Below are positions 53,720 through 64,000 of a stretch of 64,000 bases of DNA, one piece after another. Source of the stretch: Octopus vulgaris (taxonomy: Eukaryota); contig OX597831.1 in the NCBI GenBank assembly GCA_951406725.2, positions 82,460,001 through 82,524,000 of the forward strand, written 5' to 3'. The first letter of the stretch is position 1. Every line of letters begins with the position of its first letter. The position numbers were made by a program, and so were the translations under genes. Below the pieces are notes generated by a model. It was not told the DNA's origin and ran no database searches. It saw only the letters and a list, made by a program, of their open reading frames with translations.

Positions 53720-53896
53720 ATGGTATTTCGTCTGTCTTTACATTCTGAGTTCAAATTCCGCCGAGGTTGATTTTGCCTTTCATCCTTGGGGGGGGGGGGG
53801 GTCGATAAATTAAGTACCAGTTGCGTACTGGGTCAATCTAATTGACTGCCCCATCCCCCAAAATTTCGGGCCTTGTGCCTAGAGTAGAAAAGAATT
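53720..53896 (+). mobile_element. SINE family B copy (further copies at 53960-54150, 54175-54380 and 54655-54790 on the minus strand)
   Basis: TTCTGAGTTCAAATTCCGCCGAGGTTGATTTTGCCTTTCATCC...AAGTACCAG. Confidence 0.85.
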
Positions 53897-54396
53897 TGGC
53901 ATAACCAAATACCACTTCGTCTACCTCTCACAACTCCAATAATATTTGGAACAAACACTATTGGAATTTCGAGGGGCAGGGGGTTGATTATGTCCACCCT
54001 AGTGGTCAAATGGTACTTAGTTTAACATCCTGAAAAAGATGAAAGGCAAAGGTGACCCCCCCACACGGAATCTGAACATGGAACATAATAATGGACAAAA
54101 TTCCACTAAACATTTCATCCAGCATGGTAACAATTCTGCCAGCTGGCCACCTCAAAAACAACAACAACCATAATGATTTCAAATTTCTGCACAAGGCCAG
54201 CAATTTTGGGGAAAGTGGGTAAGTCGAAAATATCAACCCCAATTTACTTATTTTATTGACCCTGAAAGGATGAAAGACAAAATCAATTTCAGTGGAAATT
54301 AAGACTGAGAATATAAAAATGGATGAAATGCCGCTAAGCATTTTGCCAGGCATACTGACAATTCTATCAACTCACCACCTTAATAACAACAACAAT

Positions 54397-54640
54397 ATGT
54401 GGCATCTTAAAGCAAAAACTTATCTCGTCATCGTAGGTGTCCTTGATGTCAGAAACATCTAGAAAACATCCCAGGAGAACCTTGTCTCACAGAAATCTAA
54501 AAGACTGCTGAAAAGTATTGCCCACATCCTCAGGAAAACCCTTTCATATTTCATCACCTCTCAACCTTCATTGGCCCAAGGGTGCTGGGTGTATCCTGGC
54601 AAGTGATTGCATTAGTCATGCAAATCAAAAGTAAATAACA
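54397..54640 (+). mobile_element. R4/Dong-type non-LTR element 3' end
   Basis: MWHLKAKTYLVIVG, QKHLENIPGEPCLTEI* and SIAHILRKTLS match the C-terminus of REL-endonuclease elements. Confidence 0.7.
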
Positions 54641-55074
54641 ATACTAATAATGATAATCCTTTCTACTATAGACACAAGGACTGAAATTTGGGCAGAGGGG
54701 TGGGGCTAGTTGATTACGTTGACTCTAGTACTTAACTGTAAGGATGAAAGGCAAAGCCGACACTGGCAGGATTTGAACTCAGAACATAAAATTCCAGAAT
54801 TTGTATTTGGCATTTTAATGTTTCTGCCAAATAAGTAAAAGATATAAATATTCAAAACAGGTGAAATTGCAACAACTAAATAGGAAAAAATAACCAATAA
54901 ATTAAATATGTTAATGGAAAGAAATATCATTCAGGGAAAATAGGAAACATGGAAAAACATGTAGAATGCACACACACACACAGAAACACACACAGATCAC
55001 GTGTGTGTGTATATTCTATGCATGTGTGTGAGTGTGTGTATTCTATACAAACACGTGTATATTCTATACATATA

Positions 55075-55500
55075 TAGAATGGTCATGTGATGTGTATGGA
55101 CGAGGAAAACTGTATAAAAAGTGTCAATCTCTAACTGTGGAGGGAACCTGTAGAAGAGGTAGACCCAGGAGGACATAGGAATAGGTGGTGAAGGATGATC
55201 TTTGAACATGGGGCCTCACAGAGGCAATGGTAAGTGGCTGAGACGTTTGGCAAATTGCTGGGCTTGAGAAGGCCTGTCAAGCCAAGTGAAAGCATAGTTG
55301 TGGTCAATGCCAGTCACACATAACTAGCATCCATGCCAGTGGCACATAAAAAGCACCCGTTACACTTTTGGAGTGGTTGGCATAAGAAACCTTTTGCCAA
55401 ATCGGACTGGAACTTGGTGCTGTTCTCCAGTTTGCCAGCTCTCAGTCAAACCATCCAACCCATGCCAGCATGGAAAGCAGATGCTATATGATGATGATGA
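55075..55500 (+). mobile_element. RTE LINE fragment (ORF2 end plus 3' UTR)
   Basis: LTVEGTCRRGRPR remnant then the family 3' end. Confidence 0.8.
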
Positions 55501-55664
55501 CAATATTGATGCACACATTAAAGCTCAGAACTCAGATTCAAACATTTAGTTAAAAAGCACAGATCACACACATACACATAACTACACATGTGCATGCACA
55601 CACATGCACAACTTACACACACACACACACACCTGTTCTTAAAGAGATCTGTCATCAAAAAGGT

Positions 55665-55927
55665 CCATTTAACTATATATCACATGTGGTGCACCTTGTC
55701 CACCACCACTAGGTCCAGTCTGTTATGCTTTAGCACCTGATCTGTTTGGACAGGGAAATCCCAGAGGATTTTGCTTGTCTCTGACTCCACCAGTGTCTGA
55801 AGCTGGTGCTCATACCACGTCTTGCTTCTCTCTAGCCCCCTACTTTTCACACAGTTTCCAATGCAGCACTTTTCCTACCTGATCATGTTGCCACAACTTG
55901 TAGTGGTTTTGGGCAAGTCTAGGGCAA
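55665..55927 (-). mobile_element. R4/Dong-type fragment (REL endonuclease region)
   Basis: CPRLAQNHYKLWQHDQVGKVLHWKLCEK and WYEHQLQTLVESETSKILWDFPVQTDQVLKHNRLDLVVVDK. Confidence 0.8.
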
Positions 55928-56478
55928 ATTATTATGATTAATTATTGAGTGAGAGAGCAGAGCATGCCCTCAAAGTGGCACTGGGGTACTCATCATGACT
56001 ACCCATCTGATAAGAGTACACCAGGCACATGCATCACAACCATATGTGCACAACATGGTGATCTCATCTTAAGATAAATAGCACATGACCTTGCAGGTGG
56101 GGCATAGTTAAAATTTTTTCCAGCTTGAGCAGCCATCCCATTCAAAAGGTCCTTGAATGTTTAAGGATGTTGAACAAAACACCCATTTTTCCAAGGTGAA
56201 TCATTCAAATCCCAAAGAATCCCTCTCAACACATACCTATGATGCTCCCCAACCACTTCTGCTTGTGATCTGAGATGCACATATAGTCAGTCACCAAGGC
56301 ACATCCTCAACTGGTTACGGTCAAACAACTGACAAGCAAATTTGTGGTATTGAGCAGAATATTTGCTGTAGGCCATCTTTTATACCAAGGTACATGATAA
56401 TAGTTTACATAAGAAGTCAGAGCCAGTGCCTGGTATTACATCATGGCATTTATTACTATTATCATTATTATTATTAAG

Positions 56479-56693
56479 AAGGCAGTGAGCTCCCAGAATC
56501 GTTAGCAAGAGGGTCAAAATGCTTAGAGGTACTTTACCCATCACTATGTTCTGAGTTCAAATTCTGCCGAGGTCGACCTTGCCTTTCATCCTTTTGAGGG
56601 TCGATAAATTAAGTTCCAGTCAAACACTGGGGTCGATGTAATCGATAAGTCTCCTCCCCCAAAATTTCAGGCCTTGTGCCTTTTGTAGAAAGG

Positions 56694-56728
<35 letters not shown>

Positions 56729-56880
56729 GAATGCTTAGTTCAAATTTCACTGAGGTCAACTTTGCCTTTCATTCTTTTGGGGTCAATAAATTAAGTACCA
56801 GTGGAGTACTGGGGTCGATATATTTGACTAGTCCCCTCCCCACCAAATTTCAGGCCTTGTGCCCTTAGTAGAAAGGATTT
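56479..56880 (+). mobile_element. Two tandem SINE family B copies separated by (ATT)n
   Basis: Core repeated at about 56550-56640 and 56738-56822. Confidence 0.85.
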
Positions 56881-56889
56881 TTGTTATTG

Positions 56890-58210
56890 CTCTCTGACCC
56901 AGAAATGGGTAGAGAGGTCAGGCAAAGATGGTGAATGTTTACCTTGCCTCTGTCATTATTTATCATCTGACTATTGTGCTTTGCCCCTGATCCTGCTTGA
57001 TTAGATTGGAGCATATCCTGTTTATCTTCTTGTTGAAGGGATGCGTTCCAATGGTCAGGCTCCCAACTTCTTTTGCATGGCGGATTAAGCATGCCATGGC
57101 ATTTAATGTGCAGACACGCACTCAGGTTGCACCACTTGCAGTGATTTCTAGAAGGTGAACATGTGTGGGCTCTGTTTGTGAGACACGCCTTTCTGCAGCT
57201 CGTCCCCTTGACAGAGCTGCAGTCCTGGGTAAAGGACCGGCTGAGACTGGGCACCGGGCACTTGGAATGTCATCAGGCACTCACTGACCTTTACAATAGG
57301 ATCGGTGGATGTTCCATCTTAGATATTTACAGAGGATTAGTAGCAGTGGAGTGTGACGGTGTCCTCAGGGAGATCCTAAGTATCAATGGAGATGAACTAG
57401 CAAGTCTATTCCGGAAGACTTTCCGGTTGGGGACCGTTAAGGAAAATTTCCAGGTGTCTTTGGCCTGCCAGTGCTACATTGGAGTGGGGGGTGAGGCGCT
57501 GATTTGAGAAAAATTTTACAGGCATGGATGTGCTGTTGGACAGGCTTGTCCGAGTTGAGCGCTGAGCGACAAAACCATTTTGCATGCACTTGTTCAGTGT
57601 CCGGACATTGCTGACTTGTGGAGTTAAGTCAAACAGCTGCTGTCGTGTGTGGGATGGGTCCGTCTGTCAGCCGAGTCTATAATAATGATTGCCCTGCTGC
57701 CTTACTTTAATTGGGCTGGCAAGGCAGTTTTCCTTTGTCTGGTGGCTGTGGCAAAAGAGGTTGTTTGGTGGACGAAGCCCTCATCGACTTTTTCCAGTTT
57801 CACTTGAAAAGGAAAATGAGGGTGGGGAGGGAGGTTCTGTTCTCAAGTGAATTGATGAAAAAAAGGTGGGTGAAAGTTGCGAAAATGGCAAGAGTGGACG
57901 GTACCACTCCCAGTGTAAACCTGTGAGTTGGAAGAAAGAAGTTGAAGAGGGCTCTTGTCCTTGGTATTCAGGGATTTCTTGGATGGTGGGGTTCCTTGAT
58001 CATCCCTAGAGGTCCTCCTCTATCAGGTAGATCCCATCACAATCACATTTTTTTTTCTCGTGTCATATCCTATGTATACTGCCCTTCTTCACCATGTCTA
58101 CTTTCATTCTTTTATCCTTCCATTATATATAAACCCCCACTCTTTCTGTCTGTTTGTCTGTCTTTGCATCGTCCTCTTCATCCTTTGCCCTGGTAGCAAA
58201 TAAAAGAAAT
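56890..58210 (+). mobile_element. Decayed L1/Tx1-type LINE 3' portion
   Basis: CCHC-type remnant (KTILHALVQCPDIADLW) and FFQFHLKRKMRV...RWVKVA; pyrimidine-rich UTR ending AATAAAAGAAA. Confidence 0.7.
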
Positions 58211-58242
58211 CCTTATCATTATTATTATTATTATTATTAAAA

Positions 58243-58450
58243 AAGGCAGTGAGCTGACAGAATCGCCAGCACACAGGACAAAATGCTTAGCAGTATTTCA
58301 TCTGCCTCTGTATTCTGAGTTCAAATTCCACCAAGGTCAACTTTGCCTTTCATCCTTTCAGAGTCAATAAAATAAGAACCAGTTGAGAACTGGAGTCGAT
58401 ATACTCAACTTATCCGCTTCCTCAAACTTACTGGCCTTGGGCCAAAATTA
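58243..58450 (+). mobile_element. SINE family B copy
   Basis: GGCAGTGAGCTG head and conserved core. Confidence 0.85.
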
Positions 58451-58484
58451 TTATTATTGTTATTTAAAACATTTATGTGTGTTA

Positions 58485-58536
<52 letters not shown>

Positions 58537-58579
58537 CATCACCTCGTTACCAGTGTCGCCTCGTTAACAGCATCGCTTT

Positions 58580-58821
58580 ACTGGCAATGTAAAAACATTC
58601 GAGCGAGGTCGTTGCCAGTACCGCCTGACTGGTCCCTGTGCTGGTGGCACATAAAAGCATCCACTACACTCTCAGAGTGGTTGGCGTTAGGAAGGGCATC
58701 CAGCTGTAGAAACTCTGCCAGATCAAGATTGGAGCCTGGTGCAGCCATCTGGTTCGCCAGTCCTCAGTCATTCGTCCAACCCATGCTAGTAAGGAAAGCG
58801 GACGTTAAACGATGATGATGA

Positions 58822-58825
<4 letters not shown>
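58580..58825 (+). mobile_element. RTE LINE 3'-end copy
   Basis: Family 3' end with (GAT)n. Confidence 0.85.
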
Positions 58826-58872
<47 letters not shown>

Positions 58873-59487
58873 CACACATACATAGAGAAAAAGAGGCAGA
58901 TGGACAGACAGTAATAATTTGTGTATTTCTTGGTTCACAACTAAATTCTTTCAATGTTGGAAGAATGGAAGATAAAGTACCAACAATATACTGAGGTTGA
59001 TACCATCGAATATATATTTATTCTCTTGAAGAATTAATCTTGTACCAATATTTTATTATGTTGATGTGATGTGGAATTAAATTTCTGAAATATTTACGAA
59101 GTGTAGCAATATTTTATGTCTCTACGGAGCAGCACAAAGTTCAACTGCATAAAGTGGCTGAAAAATAAGTTATTTCTTGGATAGGGAGCTAGTCTATTAG
59201 AAAGGACACTTTCCAAGGTTCCGACAACATTGAAGAAAGTTCACATCTTATGGAGTGTCTACTACAAATGCAGGACGTGGGGGTGGGGGTGATCATAAAG
59301 TTGATACAGGGCCTTAAATTTTGAAGAATTAAGTAAATGACAAATGACTTCCTTTTGGTTAGGACATCACTTTCTCTCTCTCAGGATACATTACCAAGAT
59401 ATTTAATGTTATATCAGACATAGTCCATTACTACTACTACTACTACTACTACTACTAAAAATAAAAATAATAATAATAATAATAATA

Positions 59488-59660
59488 ATCCTTTCGGCTA
59501 TATGCACAAGGCCTGAAATTTGGTGGGAGTGGAGTGCTCGACTGGCTCTTATCTCATTGACCCTGAAAGGATGAAAGGCAAAGTCCACCTTGGTAGAATT
59601 TGGACTTAGTATGCAAAGATGAACGAAATGCTGCTGATCATTTTGTCCAGTTTACTAAGA
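59488..59660 (-). mobile_element. SINE family B copy (diverged)
   Basis: GACCCTGAAAGGATGAAAGGCAAAGTCCACC. Confidence 0.75.
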
Positions 59661-60082
59661 AGAAGAAGACCTGCAATGACCATTGTTGAGCAATGGAGTG
59701 CAGAGATCTTCAGACTCAGTCCCATTTAGGAATTACTGCCCTTCTATATGGGATGGAACCCAGTTCAGTTTTTTTAGAAGGTTGCTCTGACTGGAGGCGC
59801 TTCCTAACACCACTCAATTTACACACTTCATTCTAAAATGATTGAAATAACAAATAAAGAAATAAAAAATTCTGTGTAAAGGTCATAATTAGAGGACATG
59901 AGAGTAATTACATACTCCTGGGATAGGGTACCAGCCACTTCAAGGTTAATTCTCCCGTAATTTGGTTCCTATTTCTAGCACTGGGTACAATCTTATGGAT
60001 AGAACAACAAACACTTGTAGTAAAATCTGAATTCATATCTGCTGGTAACTGAATATCACAGCTCTGGAAACTTCAACCACAC

Positions 60083-60118
<36 letters not shown>

Positions 60119-60459
60119 ATATATAGTAAAAATAAGACAACAAATTTTTTCAATAATATTGTGTGTATGTGTGTGTGAATGTATGTGTGTGTGTGTGCGT
60201 GTATCTGTGTGTGTGTAGAAGAAAATGGGAAAGAGATGGGCGGCTAAAAATAAATGTGAGGGGGTGGGGATCGCATGCAGTAAAATGTTTCAGTGCAATT
60301 AGTTGATATAACGAGGATGTTCTGAGAGTCGCCCAGCCACCCCACTTTCTTCAGCAACATGGAAATAAGTCGAGTATTGTTTGAAATTTGATTGCATGGA
60401 GAACAGATTATATATAACGGCAGATTCATCATCATCGTTGTTGCTATCATGATCATGAT

Positions 60460-61103
60460 GATGATCATCATCATTTGATGCCCGTTTTCCCTGCTGGCAT
60501 GGATGGACGGTTTGACAGATTCTGGTCAACTGAAGAGTTGCCTGAGTTCCATGTATGTTTTGGCATAGTTGTTCTGCAGCTGGACGAGGCCCTTCCTAAT
60601 ACCAACCACTGGACTGGATGCTTTTACAAAGTGCAGGCATGGGTGCTTTTTACATGGCACCAGCACCCACAAAGCCTGCAAAATTAGGAATGCTCAGCTG
60701 AAGACGGATTTAGGGGACCTGCCTGAATGCAAGGACAACAACAATTTCACTTAGCTTCATGTGTCTTCTCTAACACATCAAACTGCCAAAGTCTCCATCT
60801 CTTGTAATCCCTTCTGTGAGGCCCAACATTTGAAGATCCTTTCTTACCACTTCAACCCATGTCTTCTTGGCTCTACCCCTTCCACAGATTCATTCTGCAA
60901 TGAGAGATCAGCACTTCTTGATGCAGCTATTTTCATGCCTACACATCACATGACCATACTAGCACTGCCTCCTCTCTTGCACACTACATCTGATGCCTCA
61001 TACGCCCAGATTTTCTCTCAAAATCACTTACTCTCTGTTCTATATACACACTGACATTACCCATCCATCGGAACATGCCTGCTTCATTTCTTTCAACTAC
61101 TGG

Positions 61104-61105
<2 letters not shown>
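60460..61105 (-). mobile_element. RTE LINE fragment
   Basis: VERNEAGMFRWMGNVSV on the minus strand, then the family 3' end. Confidence 0.85.
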
Positions 61106-61139
<34 letters not shown>

Positions 61140-61184
61140 AATCTGTGTGTATGTATGTATAATATGTATGTACACATATGTATG

Positions 61185-61920
61185 TATTGCACGGCGGCAA
61201 TAGACACCACTGATACTCAGAAAACAGATTCCATTACACTCCAGGGGAAGAAACTAGAAGTAGTTGATAATTTCTGCTACCTAAGTGACCAAGTTAGTAG
61301 TGGGTGTGGATGCTCAGAGAGTGTCACCACTAGAATACGAATAGCCTGGGCAAAGTTTAGAAAGCTCCTACCCCTACAGATGACAAAGGGTCTCTCGCTC
61401 AGAGTGAAAGGTAGATTGTACGATGCATATGTGCGTACTGCCATGCTTCATGGTAGTGAAACATGGGCTGTGACTGCGGAGGACATTTGTAGGCTCGAAA
61501 GAAATGAAGCTAGCATGATCCGCTGGATGTGTAATGTCAGTGTGCACGCATGACAGAGTGTAAGCACCCTGAGAGAAATGCTCAACATAAGAAGGATTGG
61601 ATGTGGTGTGCAGGAGAGATGTTTGCGTTGGTATGGTCATGTACTACGAATGGATGAGGAGAGATGTGTGAAGAAGTGCCACTCCCAAACTGTTGAAGGG
61701 ATCTGGGGTAGAGGTAGACCCAGGAAGACATGAGATAAGGTGGTCAAGAATGACCTTCGAATGTTGGGCCTCACAGAGGGAATAACGAAAGATTGAGACA
61801 TCTGACAAATGGTATGACTACAAAGACCTGACAAATGAAGTGAGTTCATGACTCACGGGATGGCAGAGTGGTTGGCGTTAGGAAGGGCATCCAGCTGTAG
61901 AAACACCGCCAGATCAGACA
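61185..61920 (+). mobile_element. 5'-truncated RTE LINE (RT C-terminal region)
   Basis: LEVVDNFCYLSD, KGRLYDAYVRTAMLHGSETW, LRWYGHVLRM and GRGRPRKT*, joined to the family 3' UTR. Confidence 0.93.
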
Positions 61921-62021
61921 TATATATATGTATGTGTGTATATAAATATGTATATATGCATGTATGTATGTATATATAAGCATGTATGTATATATAAGCA
62001 TCTATGTATGTATATATATGC

Positions 62022-62078
<57 letters not shown>

Positions 62079-62091
62079 GATATATATATGT

Positions 62092-62155
<64 letters not shown>

Positions 62156-62329
62156 GTGTATATATATATATGTATATATATATGTATATATATGTATATA
62201 TATATATGTATATATATATGTATATATATGTATATATATATGTATATATATGCATATATATATGTATATATATATGTATATATATGCATATATATATGTA
62301 TATATATGTATATATATATATATGTGTAT

Positions 62330-62367
<38 letters not shown>

Positions 62368-62382
62368 GTATATATATATATG

Positions 62383-62461
<79 letters not shown>

Positions 62462-62570
62462 TGATTGATTGATTGATTGATTCTAGTTTCAGCTTATGAG
62501 CTGTGGCCATGCTGGGGCACCGCCATTTGGTGTTGCTACTTGGTTTCACTTCACGAAAGCTTTCTAGCAA

Positions 62571-62629
<59 letters not shown>

Positions 62630-62812
62630 CACATATATGCACATATATATATACATATATATACACATATATATACATATATATATGCATATATATACAT
62701 ATATATATATACATATATATACACATATATATACATATATATATGCATATATAAACATATATATATATACATATATATATATATACATATATATACATAT
62801 ATATATACGCAC

Positions 62813-62871
<59 letters not shown>

Positions 62872-62888
62872 CATACATATATATATCC

Positions 62889-62943
<55 letters not shown>
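61920..62943. repeat. Two compound (TA/TATG/TG) microsatellite blocks in inverted orientation
   Basis: Mirror landmarks GG 62078/CC 62887 and (TG)n 62119-62144/(CA)n 62826-62851. Confidence 0.8.
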
Positions 62944-62944
<1 letters not shown>

Positions 62945-63360
62945 CGCAGGAGTGGCTGTGTGGTAAGTAGCTTGCTAACCAACCACATGGTTCTGGGTTC
63001 AGTCCCACTGCGTGGCATCTTGGGCAAGTGTCTTCTGCTATAGCCCCGGGCCGACCAATGCCTTGTGAGTGGATTTGGTAGACAGAAACTGAAAGAAGCC
63101 TGTCGTATATATGTATATATATATATAAGTGTGTGTGTATATGTTTGTGTGTCTGTGTTTGTCCCCCTAGCATTGCTTGACAACCGATGCTGGTGTGTTT
63201 ACATCCCCGTCACTTAGCGGTTCGGCAAAAGTGACCGATAGAATAAGTACTGGGCTTACAAAGAATAAGTCCCGGGGTCGATTTGCTCGACTAAAGGCGG
63301 TGCTCCAGCATGGCCGCAGTCAAATGACTGAAACAAGTAAAAGAGTAAAAGAGTAAAGAG
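62944..63360 (+). mobile_element. tRNA-derived SINE, family A (full length, young)
   Basis: A-box 62953-62963, B-box 62996-63005, (AAGAGTA)-type tail. Confidence 0.9.
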
Positions 63361-63466
63361 TATATGTATATATATATGTACATATATATATGTATATATA
63401 GATATGTATATATATATATATGTATATATATATGTATATATATATATGTGTATATATATATGTATG

Positions 63467-63499
<33 letters not shown>

Positions 63500-64000
63500 G
63501 TATTTATATATGTATGTATATATGTATTTATATATGTATATATATATTTATTTATATAGGTATGTATATATGTATATATGTATGTACATATATATGTATA
63601 TTTATATGTATATTTATATGTATATGTGTATGTATATGTATATATATGTATATATTATATTGAGGGTACTACTATTCGTAGATACCAACACGCTAAGAGG
63701 GACCAATGCGGTCAAAACTACTAAAAATAAACAAAATTTTACCGAATGCAAAACTTCAAAACACATCATTTTAAAAAAGAATTCAGTTACATATCACATG
63801 TGATTTCGCATTTAATGCAGAATATGCATTTCATGTTCGTCAGTGCAACAAACTCAAGAAATATAAGAAAAAAACATAACATTACAAACTCGATAGCCAA
63901 CCGTAGGATTCGTCGTAGCTTGTACGAATGTTTATCCTTACATATCATGCTGACTACTGATAATTTCTTTTAAAGATTTTATCCTCAATTGTTAATTTAT

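Noticed and set aside
62944-63020. tRNA gene
   Set aside because: The A and B boxes belong to a multicopy SINE head; no full cloverleaf was seen.
61914-63183. 419-aa ORF and other long [12 protein letters not shown] or poly-I ORFs
   Set aside because: Translations of stop-free microsatellites.

Overview
AT-rich, microsatellite-dense eukaryotic DNA. From memory, its repeat families match those of Octopus (coleoid cephalopod) genomes; this was not database-checked. No complete protein-coding gene or RNA gene can be supported, and nearly all ORF-track entries are translated microsatellites or repeats. The window is dominated by mobile-element debris: RTE-clade LINE fragments plus about 20 short copies of one RTE 3' end with (GAT)n tails, two tRNA-derived SINE families, an L1/Tx1 fragment, two R4/Dong fragments, a Penelope-like terminus, a non-autonomous Helitron, a piggyBac-type MITE, a deleted mariner and a Tigger remnant. 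A few minus-strand segments bounded by splice sites and four RFX X-box motifs suggest the 5'/intronic regulatory region of an unidentified gene or lncRNA. I found no convincing novel system. The best leads are a ~300-bp near-perfect inverted duplication (46915-47956), a degenerate hammerhead-like motif, modular hairpin repeats in the RTE 3' UTR and an inverted compound microsatellite. Coordinates of degenerate repeats are approximate.
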